From assembly GCA_020137815.1 (NCBI GenBank), contig CM035360.1, positions 4,588,001-4,652,000 of the forward strand: DNA of 64,000 nt, written 5' to 3'. Shown piece by piece: positions 1 through 12,460 of this stretch (position 1 is its first letter; every line of letters starts with the position of its first letter). The notes under the pieces are model-generated. The model had not been told where the DNA came from and made no database searches. It saw nothing but the letters and a program-made list of their open reading frames with translations. The position numbers and the translations under genes are program-made. Source of the stretch: Hormiphora californensis (lineage: Eukaryota > Animalia > Ctenophora).

Positions 1-2
1 AG

Positions 3-3000
3 GTCTCGGTAGCATGCAACCGTTTGGACCAACGTTAGTTTCCGATACTACGAAAATCAAATTAAAGGGTTGCCATGGTCACAGTTTGACGCCTGATAAA
101 CCACCATTTCCATACACATTTGAAGTAGCCTTGGATTCTGGAAAAGTTGGTTTCAAATCTGGAAAGTTGTATTTATCAGGTAAGAAAACAGTAAGAAAAT
201 CATTCAAATTGGTCCCTAACTCCCAACTAACTTTCCCTCAGCTCAGCCAAATGGAAGTCTCCAGTGGAACCGGCCTCATTTCCAAATCTGGGAGATGTTT
301 AAAGTTGAGAAACAAAAAGATGGCAGATTTACATTCCTCTCCCACCATGGGTGTTACCTGTCAGCCCAGCCTAATGGGACCTTCCAGGTGAACAGAAGGG
401 AGGCTAAGGAGTGGGAAATGTTCACAATTGAACAAGTACACTTTGAGAGAGGTTCCTTTCCAGCATTAGCCGATACTGTCTGGTGCTGGGCCCACAACGG
501 ATCTGAACAGAATGGCACTGTAACATTTCTGAAAAGTGGCCAGGTATCCTGGTCGGGGGGTGGAGCTCAGGGGAGGTGGAGACTGGAGAATGGAGGTCTG
601 ACAACTTCCTTTAATAATGTAGACCACACACTGGAATGTGACAAGGAGGGAAAGTGGGCAATTCTTAGGAAGCCACTTAGAAATCCACCATCTTGCATGT
701 GGTACAATTGTGGTAGGTGTTCACTGTGAAACCATCTTCAACCAGAATCCAGATATATTTTACTGAAATCTTTACTGAAATTAAATCCCTTTTCAAAGCT
801 TAGATATTGTTTTAAACCAGGTCTCGGTAACATGCAACCGTTTGGACCAACGTTAGTTTCCAATACTACGAAAATCAAGTTAAAAGGTTGCCATGGTTAC
901 AGTTTGACGCCTGATAAACCACCATTTCCATACACATTTGAAGTTGCCTTGGATTCTGGAAAAGTTGGTTTCAAATCTGGAAAGTTGTATCTTTCGGGTA
1001 AGAAATCAAGAAATGAACCTGTGAGACTCCCATATTCTGCCAACACAGAATGGCGTGAAGTATGTGTGTGACAGAGAGTAGAAAGTTGCAAGAAAAGAAG
1101 ATTATTAAAATCAGGTGAGAGTGCAAGACATTGACCCGATTTCCAAGTTTTAATCGGCCCCTAGCCAGGTAGGAAATCAAGAAATCATCACGCCTTAACT
1201 TGGCCTCTAACTCCCAACTAAATTTCCCTCAGCTCAGCCAAATGGAAGTCTCCAGTGGAACCGGCCTCATTTCCAAATCTGGGAGATGTTTAAAGTTGAG
1301 AAACAAAAAGATGGCAGATTTACATTCCTCTCCCACCACGGGTGTTACCTGTCCGCCCAGCCTAATGGGACCTTCCAGGTGAACAGAAGGGAGGCTAAGG
1401 AGTGGGAAATGTTCACAGTTGAACAAGTACACTTTGAGAGAGGTTCCTTTCCAGAATTAGCCGATACTGTCTGGTGCTGGGCCCACAACGGATCTGAACA
1501 GAATGGCACTGTAACATTTCTGAAAAGTGGCCAGGTATCCTGGTCGGGGGGTGGAGCTCAGGGGAGGTGGAGACTGGAGAATGGAGGGTCTGACAACTTC
1601 CTTTAATAATGTAGACCACACACTGGAATGTGACAAGGAGGGAAAGTGGGCAATTCTTAGGAAGCCACTTAGAAATCCACCATCTAGCATGTGGTACAAT
1701 TGTGGTAGGTGTTCACTGTGAAACCATCATCAACCAGATATATTTTACTTTAATCCCACCTTTTTAAAGATTAAGTATTATCTTAAACCAGGTCTCGGTA
1801 ACACACAACCGTTTGGACCAACGTTAGTTTCCAAAAATACGAAAATCAAGTTAAAGGGTTGCCATGGTTACAGTTTGACGCCTGATAAACCACCATTTCC
1901 ATACACATTTGAAGTAGCCTTGGATTCTGGAAAAGTTGGATTCAAATCTGGAAAGTTGTATCTATCAGGTTAGGAATCAAGAAATGAACCTGTGAGATTC
2001 CCATATTCTGTCATCACAGAATGGTGTGAAGTATATGTGTGACAGAGAGCTGTAGAAAGTTGCAAGAAAAGAAGATTATTAAAATCAGGTGAGAGTGCAA
2101 GACCTTCACCCGATTTCCAAGTTTCAACCGGCCCCTAGCCAAGTAAGAAAGCAAAAAAGAAATCATCACGCCTCAAATTGCTCCCTAATCCCCAACTAAC
2201 ATTTCCCTCAGCTCAGCCAAATGGAAGTCTCCAGTGGAACCGGCCTCATTTCCAAATCTGGGAGATGTTTAAAGTTGAGAAACAAAAAGATGGCAGATTT
2301 ACATTTCTCTCCCACCACGGGTGCTACCTGTCAGCCCAGCCTAATGGGACCTTCCAGGTGAACAGAAGGGAGGCTAAGGAGTGGGAAATGTTCACAGTTG
2401 AACAAGTACACTTTGAGAGAGGTAGGTACCCAGTGTCCACTGTCCTTGGTAATGAAATTACCCCTCCGTTATATGCTAATGTATGCAATAAAAGGGGTGA
2501 CTTCGTAACCAACCAGTGTCCAGTGAGATAAACTCGGCCCGCCAAATAAAGAGTAGCATTTTGTAAGATTATTCTTAACCAGGTCTTGGTGACACACAGC
2601 CTTCTGGACCAAGCTTAGTAAACAATACAACGAAAACCAATTGTGGTAAGTGCTCAGTGAAACCATCTAGAACCAGACAGAATACAGATATTTTACTTCA
2701 ATTCCACTTATACATATTAAAGACCTTTTACGGCTTAAATTGAACCAACTCTTTTACTTTAATAATATGATTATCTTTTTAATATCAAACTAGATCATGG
2801 TGGCCCGCAACCGTTTGGACCGAATATTTTTGCCAAAACTACAAAAATCAAGTTGGTAGGTAGCATTGGTCACGCTCTGACACCTGATGATTCAAACTCT
2901 CCGTATACTTTTGAAGTGGCCTTAGATTCTGGGAAAGTTGGATTCAAGTCTGAACAAGGCTTATATTTATCAGGTAGGGAATCAACCCCCCCCCCCTCAA

Positions 3001-3291
3001 ACCCCCGTTTGGTCCTGTCTGGCGGCGCTCAGATGGGTTCGGCAGTGCCAGACAGGTTTGGCCCCTAATCCCAAACTAACTTTTCTTTTCCTCAGCTCAG
3101 CCAAATGGAAGTCTCGAGTGGAACCGGCCTCATTTCGATATCTGGGAGAAGTTTAAAGTTGAGAAAAGAGATGGCCGATATACATTCCTCTCCCACCACG
3201 GGTGTTATCTAACCGCAGTGGGAAAGGGAAGTTTAATGCCAGCCGGAAGATGGCCGCGGAATTGGGACGGTTTACTATTGAAGTGTGCTAA
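3..3291 (+). CDS. 3' part of a multi-exon gene built from four tandem fascin/hisactophilin-like (beta-trefoil) cassettes
   Basis: Phase-1 GT-AG exons 3-179, 242-712, 821-997, 1233-1704, 1792-1968, 2212-2421, 2583-2645, 2794-2973, 3096-3291. The repeated motif FTFLSHHGCYLSAQPNG...NR...WEMF is typical of fascin-like domains. Single-base frameshifts near 1587 and 3222. The 5' end lies outside the window. Confidence 0.75.
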
Positions 3292-3398
3292 TTACTTTGT
3301 AGATATTCAATAATTACTTCTGCAAGTAATTAGAAATAAGTAATCAGTATTCAGTCTGATATTCAGATTATGTGTACAGAGATGTTTTTAGATAGTAG

Positions 3399-4055
3399 TA
3401 TATACCCTGCTAACTTAAATAATGCGCCAGTGGCGAGAAGTCCCACTAGCGCGCTCTCGATAACCAGCCAGTCCAGCGGCAGATTATTTCCCACTGGCAG
3501 GTTATTTATTTTTAACTCCTATGTTACATTCAAAGTGTGTGTAAATGATCAGTTCTTACTGAAATACAGAGGGAACACTGTTTGGAAGAGTTACACACTA
3601 AATTGGAGAGAAAGAAACAACACATTCCGTCAATTACTCTCTCTTTATCTTCCCTTTTGTTTCACTATCTCAATTCCTCTGTGTTATGTCTGGCATGCCC
3701 CATATCTTGTTATTTCTTTCTCTCTCTCCTTAGTAACTGTTACCAAACAATGTACACTCAATTGAGAGATGTTTTTGACTGTTTCTCAGTTCTCTTTGTG
3801 TGTTTTGATTAGTGTTCTCTCTCTCTTGTTAGTGTGTAATACTTGTAACAAACAACTAAAGCAGGGTATATAACCTATAAACTCTTGCCACAGACGCATT
3901 ATAGGTTTAAACCCCTCCGCCTCGGGATCGTCGTCGTGATTTAAACCAGTTTATCCGCCAGTGGCGGATAAACTACAGCTACCTTCTCCCAGCGGCGCGC
4001 TGGGAGAAAGGTATCTGAAATAACGCGCCACTGGCAAGAGTTTATGCCTCATATA
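3399..4055. mobile_element. Non-autonomous interspersed DNA element (~660 bp), copy 1
   Basis: A highly similar inverted copy lies at 19838-20509. Ends sit in TATA context; there is an internal inverted copy of the end (TATACCCTGCT/AGCAGGGTATA) and internal hairpins. Confidence 0.8.
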
Positions 4056-4778
4056 GTGTTTTTTTAGATACTTTTTGTGACAGACGGTTGTGATTATTCA
4101 ATTATGTTATAGTTTTTGTCTTCTTATTTTCTTACTTTTGTCTGCTAAATCTTTTAAGATTTTGGTCCATTGAACCGCTAGGGTTAATCTGGTATTTCTG
4201 TGTGTATTACATAATTGTATTCGAAATTAAAATGTTGTCGGTTGTATACATAATGTACCTCTAATATAACTGCTGTTTTTCGTCCAATGCACACTGAGGG
4301 TCATTGGCAATGGTCTACATTCTACGACCGTTTAGTTGAGTTGCTCTCTTCCAGCTTCCTGCTTGTGCTGGAAGAGAGGGTCTACTATCTCTCTACAGTT
4401 ATACACTATTGTACCAGTGTTGCTATAATTGTATCTTAGTACAAACAAAAGTGAATCGTAATACTCTCCACTGTTATAGAATTGTTCCTGTTCAATACTT
4501 TCACTGTACAATAAAACAATGCGCTTCATACAAAACACTGTTAATATAGTGAGATGTTAGAAGAGAGAGACCATGTGACTAAAATAGAAGGAAGCCGTAT
4601 GTTCAATAGTACCGGTGAGTAAAGCGCATACAGCCAGCACTGTACTGTCTAGGAATGCTACATTCACTTATTGTATTACTTTTATTTGTATATATTCATC
4701 TCTCTCCACGCCTTATTCTGCTACTATATTTACCCTATTGTTTCTCTCTCAGTGTAATGGGTGGATGTGGACAGTGTT

Positions 4779-5389
4779 ATGCAGATCCAGGGATTTTGGA
4801 CTGTGGCCCTTTATTTTGGGCTACTAGGTAGGCAGAGTAGAGTACTGAATTGTAATGGTAATATTTTATCGTGTTCAAGTTTTAATAGTTTGACCCTGTT
4901 TAAAAATTTTTTCCATAACACCACCCGTTAACCCATTTTCCAACACACCCCAACACCCCAATAATCGCCTCCCTTGTTCCTGCAGGTGTAATTTGGTTGC
5001 CCAGGTACTACATAGTGCCCACTAGGTTGCGGTTGTGGCCCTCATTCTATCTCTACAATCTCTTCACCAATCAGGGCCTTGTGTTCCCGTAAGTATAGTG
5101 TTTGACGTGCGCCTCATGTAAAACTAAACGCCAGTATAATCACTGTCTTCCAATAAAACTAAAGTTGTTGTTTCCATTCGTGCTGTAGAGCATGTTATGC
5201 CGGAATCTCTCTTAACATTCAGGGATGAGGGAACCAACCAATGCAAGTCCAGTCTCATTACCTCCAGGCTCTCCTCCGACCCTCCGTCTTTATACAGTTC
5301 TCTTAGCTCTCCTACTATTATACTTTTCTACATTTTTTTTCTCTCTCTCTCCCTCTCTCTCTCTCTCTCTCCCTATCCCTCTCTCTCTC

Positions 5390-5486
<97 letters not shown>

Positions 5487-8400
5487 ATCCCTCTCTCTGT
5501 ATCACTTCAGAACATGTACAGTTGTCGTGATTTCACAATCCACACACACACAATTTATTGCTTCCACATTATAACAGCACACATGACATGTTAGCTGTTG
5601 TTCATGTTGTATCAGGGTACAAAACATGTGGGCTGGAAACATGCCAACACAGTTTTAGCAGTGCAACCAAAAATACAGTAGTGCAGTGTTCAACCTGCAG
5701 TGTCTAAAATAGTGATGGGCAAAATAAATATTCTGAATAATGAGTTCAGAGCAAGAATTAAATAGGGAAGAAAATCGAAAAATACTGGGTTTGACCGGGA
5801 ATTGAACCAGGGACCTCCAGAGAGACATGCTCGGAGCTATAAACCACTAAGCTACCAAACCCTATATCTCTCCTTAACCGAGTTCAGCCCGTGTATGTGT
5901 GAGATTCCCCATTAAACTGTTGTACAGAGGGCGTGTGTGTGTGTTGATCACCAGAAGGAGATATCAAAATTACTTCCTGCAAAATAAATAGACTGGGCAA
6001 AACATATTATAGAAAAACGGCAGAGTACTATGTACATTGTAGATAGAAATTAGAAATCAATTCGGTTTTCCAATTTCCACCTAATACCTCCCTTCCCCAC
6101 CCAGGTCCCAGCCACCACTACACCTCGGTTCCGAGAAACTCACCCTACCCTCTCGGAACATAACCTTTTCAATCGGCCACGGTAACAAGTGTTTCACCTG
6201 TAACCTCAACCTCCAACCTCGATCCTGTTCCTCTCTCCACTACTCTGACCTCATCTTCTCCTCCTCCTCCATCCCTTCTGATGTGTATGATGTGTACGGG
6301 TACGAGAGTTATCCATGTTACCAGAGGATCTCAAAGAAAACTCCCCAATGCCCCGGGATGGGGTCCGTGGATGCGGGGTCCGCGAGTCTGTTTAGTGGAT
6401 GTACACTGTGTTCATTCTGCCATAAACACTCAGTGGAAAATATTAGCTTGACATACAGATCCTATGCGTATACCCCGAGGTTCTCCATCTCAACGGACAA
6501 TGAAAATACAATTCTACACTGTTTGAATAAGCTGGTTCTCCTAAAACTCGCCCAAACTCATGACAACACCGGAGAGGAAGGGTTTTGTGAGGCGCTATCC
6601 AATCACATCTCTGTGTACCAGGAGGGGGGAATGTTACTTGTTACTGGATGTAGCTCCTTCTGTACTGACAGCGCTAACTTGTTGTATAAGGAGCTGTATA
6701 ATTCGGAGTTGGGGGTCTATCTGATCGTGTTTGCAACTGTGGTGTTGTTGATAGCGGGGGTGTTGTCAGCGATTCGGTTTATAGTGACTTTGTATCGAGA
6801 GTTGGGGATTCTTAATGTTCAATGGTGAGTAGACATTTAAACATAGGGCTATAGGTGTAGACCGTTGCACGAGTAGACTCAAATATCGAGGCAGTTGTGA
6901 GTAGGCAGCTGGGTTTATAGACAGTTCTCATATTTCATGATGAGTAGGTACTGTTGTTTTATCTACAGTATCTACACAATAGGGCAGGTTTTTGGGAAAA
7001 AAGTTTTTCCTTACCTAGTACCAATGTGACCAACCCCTCACTATCCCTCAGGAACAGTAGCGCAACCTGCCCAATTTGCATGGATAAACTCTACCGCTTC
7101 ACTCGTCTATCAACACTTCGTTGTGGACATACCTTCTGTAGGGGCTGTCTGGAGCAGTGGTTGCATGTGTTTAATCACGTGACATGTCCACTATGTAGAC
7201 AACCAGTGGACCCTTCAGCCCCATTAGGACCAGGAGAGGGAGGAGAGGAGGGGGCACTGATGGTTGCTGAACCATTCCAACCAATAATACCGGTAATAAT
7301 AGTTTGGGAGCTGCAGCATGATTGGGAGGTAATAATAATGATAATAAATTGGGAGATGATTTTAAAAACTCAAATCATACTTTTTATTCCTATTTCTTCG
7401 TTTCCCGTCATGCTTTATCACATCTCTAACCACCCCCATTTCTCTCTCCTTCTCGGTTAACCACCCTCCCCTCATCCAGGGAGGAATGGACGATCCGTTA
7501 GACCAGGATGATCTACAAAGTGTCACCAGTGATATCTCTATGGCGAGTTCAGTACAGTTTGTTACTCAATCTATTTACAACATCGGGAGAAATGTTGTGT
7601 CCGGATGGCAATCCTCTAGGATCAATCATGAGTAAGTGATAAACAAACAAACAAACAAACAAACAAACAAACAAACAAACAAACAAACAAACAAACAAAC
7701 AAACAAACAAACAAACAAACAAACAAACAAACAAGCAAACAAACAAACAAACAAACAAACAAACAAACAAACATACATACAAACAAACAAACAAACAAAC
7801 ACACAAACAAACAATCAATCAATCAAACAATCAAACAAACAAACAAACAAACAAACAAACAAACAAACGAGTGTACACGGTGTACGTTTGTACAAATTTA
7901 CACCTGGACAGACACAGCAATTATTTCAGACAGCTAATTATCTTCACATTGTGACAGTTATGTACATTCTACACATTTCCTTATTTGGTTTCCTAGTGTC
8001 TTCTCTCCTGTCTTTATTTTGTCCCTCTCTCCCTCTCTCTTCCTCTCACTAGTCACTACTAGTCACTACTAAATATCTCACTACTGACGTATCACTCTTC
8101 TCAGGCCGGCCAGTACATCTGAAGAGACTGCTGATGCGACTATTGATCATCATCTCAGCTCGATCAGCCAAACCAGCTTTACCGATAGGATCGTGGTTCA
8201 AGATGATCTATCCCGGCCCATTCCCATGCCGTACTACCCGCTGTTCCCTGAGACGACATCAGCTCACCACCATGTCCCTAATACCGCTAGTGCCATTTCA
8301 ATTGTGAGTAACTTGTGAGTTCTCTAGCTCACAGTACCAATTCAATAAATCGCTGAAATCCGCAAAAAGGGATATATATAAATCCACGTGCATTATTATG

Positions 8401-8776
8401 TTCACATGTGTGTCCCCATTTTGGCATCACGCCATCAGATTTTTGTGATGGCACTGAGACGTGATAGGCTGACTCTCCCTCCCTGTTTCAGGTCGCATCC
8501 TACAGCAGCTCTGCCACTTCAGTAGTACCCTCCCTCCACAACCATCCCCTGTGTTCTCACGACGCGACACTGGGAGTCATGCCATTTGATACGGGGGCAC
8601 TAAGTGATACGGAGCTGAATTTACAGAATAGGATAGCTAGGAAAATAAACCGGCTGAGACACCGCAGACTCGGCAGACGTAAGTTATATCGGGGAGTGTG
8701 TGACTCAGGGAAGGATTGTTTTTGTTGGAATGGTGCCAGAAGTGGGAACAAAATTGTATTTGGCAGCTGCGAGTAG
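4779..8776 (+). CDS. Single-pass transmembrane RING-finger protein (putative E3 ubiquitin ligase)
   Basis: Phase-compatible exons 4779-4827, 4986-5088, 6105-6824, 7052-7292, 7480-7631, 8105-8303, 8492-8776. They encode a hydrophobic N-terminus MQIQGFWTVALYFGLLG, a Cys-rich region, TM LIVFATVVLLIAGVLSAIRFIV, a C3HC4 RING CPIC..CGHTFCRGC..CPLC and a Ser/Pro-rich tail. Confidence 0.7.
5339..5498. repeat. (CT)n microsatellite
   Basis: Direct reading; one of many CT/GA tracts (also ~25247, ~35915, ~36160, ~45160, ~46744). Confidence 0.95.
5787..5862 (-). other. tRNA-like sequence (pseudo-tRNA or SINE head) in an intron
   Basis: The reverse complement GGGTTTGGTAGCTTAGTGGTT...GGTTCAATTCCCGGTCAAACCC has an acceptor stem plus A and B boxes, but the anticodon arm is non-canonical. 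Confidence 0.6.
7640..7868. repeat. (AAAC)n microsatellite, intronic
   Basis: Direct reading. Confidence 0.95.
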
Positions 8777-9615
8777 TTGATCTAATTTGGTGCAACCGTA
8801 CACCCAAAAATTCAAACTTGCAACCTTGTGAATTGGGTACTTTCTTTAAATTATATGAACTCAATATATCAACTGGTGCCATGTTAATTAATCAATTAAT
8901 TAGCATTAATTAATTATGATAACCACTCTTTACTTTCAGGATCAATGTCGAATCCTGAGATAACCACATCTGAGAGTGAAATGGATAATTTTTCAAGATG
9001 ACATTTTTAGAGCCTGCAGCACCACATCATACTGGAAGCACTTTTATTTTCTGCGTTCAATTTGAACTCATGTCTGTACGTAGCTAATTTTAGCCCGCCC
9101 ATGTGTCACGTGTGAAAACAAAATGAATCTGAGCGCAGTCGCCACACGGACAAATTGTAGAGGTCTGTGCGCGGTGAGTGTGTGTAAGAGAGCCGCGCGC
9201 ACAGAACTCGATGCCATGTCAACTGAGAGTGCCACTTGGACTCGGAACCACTGATCTGCAGACTGCACCTGGCTACGGGCTACCATTTGAATTGTTTAGG
9301 ATTAAATTAATGGATTAGGATGGCTTTGTGAGAGATACACTAGAATACACAAAATAAAATGGGGAAGATTATTCTAGTTCTACAAATAAATATATGGCTC
9401 TGTCAGCGTTGCGTGTGTTTTATTGCCAACTGTGTTAATCGTTTGTTATTTTGCTTATTTCACCCCTCATACTACCTTTATTTGTAATGGAAATTTATTA
9501 CGTTACTTTCGGGCGAATTTATTGTTTTAGAAGTTAAAGCGAGAAAAAATGAGATGATAGAATTCAAAAGAAAAGGACAATATCTGTGATTTTACCGTTT
9601 TGTATGTCATTTTAG

Positions 9616-9935
9616 CGGTAAAGTCACCCACTTTTTGGCACAAAATTTAGACGTTTTTGGCCTTACCCCCATTTGATTCTCAGATGGGGTCGGCGGCGCC
9701 AAACAGATACAGCCCAAGTTTTCGCAAAAATTGGTGAAGAAACGGCGGAGCGCATTTTGCGCCATAACTCCGCCATTTTTGCACCGATTTTTTATTTTCT
9801 TGAGCTGTGTGGAAAGAGATCGATGCCCTCTTTCCAAAGATCCCAAGATGAAGCAATTTGGCCAAGAAATGGTTGAGTTATGGCCAAAAACGTCTAAATT
9901 TGGTGCCAAAAAGTGGGTGACTTTAAAGCTTACCG
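9616..9935. mobile_element. MITE with ~45 bp terminal inverted repeats
   Basis: AAAGTCACCCACTTTTTGGCAC...ACGTTTTTGGCC at the left end and its reverse complement at 9882-9924. Confidence 0.75.
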
Positions 9936-10141
9936 TCATTAACACTTTTAAATTGTTGAGTAACAGAACAGAGAATATGAATATTTTTCCCGATTTCCAA
10001 TCAGCAAACATTCATAGCAGTATCGGGCAGCGATGAACAGAAAAAACAATTGACTGTTACCAGGTTCCTCTACCATCTCGTACTAGCTTATAACGTATCT
10101 AATGATCACTCCTTGATTTGCGAATCTGGTGTGTGGCAATA

Positions 10142-11218
10142 TCACACTTCCCTATCATTAACTTTATTAACATCGCTTGAGTGTCTCTGATTGGATGCCG
10201 GCCTAATCCGCCTGACCACTGCCTCTAATCTACGTCTCCTTGGGGTGAACAGTATAATCACTCCTGGGTTTAAGGTGGAACAAACCACCGGTAACACTTG
10301 TATTGATAGAAATATTGACAGGATTACTGGGAGTGTACTATCCTCCATAGACTCGATAAAATCCTCAATTGTGGTTATATCTTCCTTGTCTCCACTATCG
10401 CCCACCCTCACGAAAGAGCACACCATCAAAAACCCAAACACCATCACACTGCCCGTATTGAGAATCATTACCCGGATCGTCCCTGAGAGGGAGTGGGAGT
10501 TTCCACCAACTGGGTTTCGGTATCGTCGCAACAGGAAGATAACGGTGAGGGTTCCACACACAATTCCAGTTGATTGCACGGCTAATGTGAACAGAGTTGA
10601 GCAGATAATCCATATTTGGTATGCTGATATGCCCATATTAGGCAATGATTTCGCTAGTTTGATGTAGCAGCATTGGGAGTATGTCATGAAGACAAGTGAG
10701 CCATCGGCCCTTGCCAGTGCATGGACAACGGCAGTAGAGACGACATGGTAGCCGATGATGAGTCCTAGGGGCAGGAAAACTGATTTGTGGTCTAATTGGC
10801 GTAGCGGATACCTTATTTGGTAGTACCGAGCGATTGTTAGGAAGCCTGTAACTATTATGGGTAGAAAGTATAATATCCACACCCCTGATGTGTATCCGGC
10901 ACAGAGATAACTGTCATTCTCCTCCACAAAAAGGTAGTACCTGTCCCGGCAAATAGAGCTTTGGTTACCATGGAGACATCCAACGAAGTCCTTGGGAGTC
11001 CAGAATCCGACTGCTAGCCGGAGTGAGGTGTAAGGGCATGCGAGTAGATCCGTTACAGACAAGAGGATGTACAGGGATCGGGCGATTGAAGCACGTTTTC
11101 TGAGATTGTGATGGATCACCAGCGCGTTCAGCGGTGTGGATATAAAGGGAAGGAAGAGAAAGAGAAGGAAAAGGCAGAAATCAGGGGCTGACGTGCCACC
11201 GGAGCTGAAGATTGCCAT
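10142..11218 (-). CDS. Intronless rhodopsin-like (class A) GPCR
   Basis: 358 aa ORF with about seven hydrophobic segments, LSVTDLL (TM2), ARYYQIRYPL (DRY-like) and STLNP (TM7). Confidence 0.88.
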   Translation of the reverse strand: MAIFSSGGTSAPDFCLFLLFLFLPFISTPLNALVIHHNLRKRASIARSLYILLSVTDLLACPYTSLRLAVGFWTPKDFVGCLHGNQSSICRDRYYLFVEENDSYLCAGYTSGVWILYFLPIIVTGFLTIARYYQIRYPLRQLDHKSVFLPLGLIIGYHVVSTAVVHALARADGSLVFMTYSQCCYIKLAKSLPNMGISAYQIWIICSTLFTLAVQSTGIVCGTLTVIFLLRRYRNPVGGNSHSLSGTIRVMILNTGSVMVFGFLMVCSFVRVGDSGDKEDITTIEDFIESMEDSTLPVILSIFLSIQVLPVVCSTLNPGVIILFTPRRRRLEAVVRRIRPASNQRHSSDVNKVNDREV

Positions 11219-11965
11219 TACTATACTAGGGCCGGGGTGGGGGGGGGGGGGGTATTTTATTCATATAGAGATACAAGATGGTGCAGTCCAATTTAATAGT
11301 TTAATACAGGATTACAGGGGACGCAGCAAAAAGTTGTTGGCAGGGATTGTATTACCTTGCTCGACCAGCTGTGTATAGATGTGAATAGAAAATAACAAGG
11401 ATTGAAGGCAATCAAATCTAACCCCAATCTAACTCGGTAATTCTTGTTATGAAGAACTTATAGGGCCGAGACTCGAGAGCAAGGTAATCCAAGCTAGTTC
11501 AACTAAAGGACCGAGATTTCGGAGAATCCAAAATCAGTTTATCTTCGATAGGGGCTCTTGCTTGATCAGATTGTGAAATGACATATCCTTTTAGTTAAAC
11601 CGTTTGAAATTGTAACTGTTTAACTATAACTATAAGTAGAACTGTAGTCAGAAGATCTGTCAGAATATGATCAAGCAAGAGCCCCCCCCCCCCCCCCCCC
11701 GGCGGCCGGCCCGCTTGTGGTTGTCAATGTGTCCTCGAAATATAAAATGAAGTATTGAAGTTTCCGAGCGCTATCTCCTATCAACAACTTGTTCAATGTT
11801 CTAGAAATTTCTAACCAACAAGAAAAAAAAGGGGTTTTAAATTTAACCCTGAACGTTTTCAACTGACAACTAAATAGTTCTAAAGTAAAGTGTCTAACAA
11901 TAAAACAGGGAAATTAACACGAGTTGAGACTACAAAATCTATCTCTATTAAAATTCGGAAATGAA

Positions 11966-12036
11966 CTGTCAGGCCAATGCTCTGACCACAGTTCTCGCGC
12001 GCTCCGCGAGAATGGGTCAGGCCAATGCTCTGACAG
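11966..12036. mobile_element. Mini-MITE, CTGTCAG...CTGACAG family
   Basis: Flanked by the 8-bp TSD GAAATGAA; relatives at 39810-39933, 41879-41926, ~22940, ~40687 and ~43950. Confidence 0.7.
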
Positions 12037-12392
12037 GAAATGAACGTCATCGAAGCCGCTCGTTCAGTGTGTTTGAAGGGGTTGAAGTTGACATGATAAT
12101 TAAATTTTACCGAGAAAAGTTGATCGGACAAGCATCACAGCAGCAACTTGTCTTTGTTTTCTCCGAACCAAGGTTCGAGCCAGCGAACCTCCTAAAACTT
12201 GGTCACGCGGAGAGAGATGGTCGAGCAAGACAAGGTTTTCTTGTAGGCCATTTTCAATTTCTTTGAGATAGATAAATCAATTGGACGCGTCCATGGACCT
12301 CTAAACCAAGAAATACACCTGTCAAATAATGAAAATATCAGCCTCAATTTATTTGACATGTTCATTGTTCCCAGTCTGCAGACTACATGTAG

Positions 12393-12460
12393 CTGTCTGG
12401 CGCCGCGACCCATCTGAGCGCACTGTCGAGAATCAAATGGGGTATGGCGCCGCCATACAG
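12393..12460. mobile_element. Mini-MITE, CTGTCTGGCG...CGCCAGACAG family
   Basis: Relatives at 3015-3055, 39865-39923, 40851-40930, ~41086-41145, 47921-47958 and 49651-49726, several with 8-bp TSDs. Confidence 0.7.

Noticed and set aside
5197-5574. SLSLSL/ERERER ORFs here and at 25154, 35555, 45089, 46577
   Set aside because: Translations of (CT)n/(GA)n microsatellites.
7549-8052. FVCL/KQTN repeat ORFs
   Set aside because: (AAAC)n microsatellite inside an intron.
10191-10880. Alternative-frame and antisense ORFs over the GPCR, MFS and CRE sequences
   Set aside because: Shadow ORFs of real coding sequence with no independent motifs.
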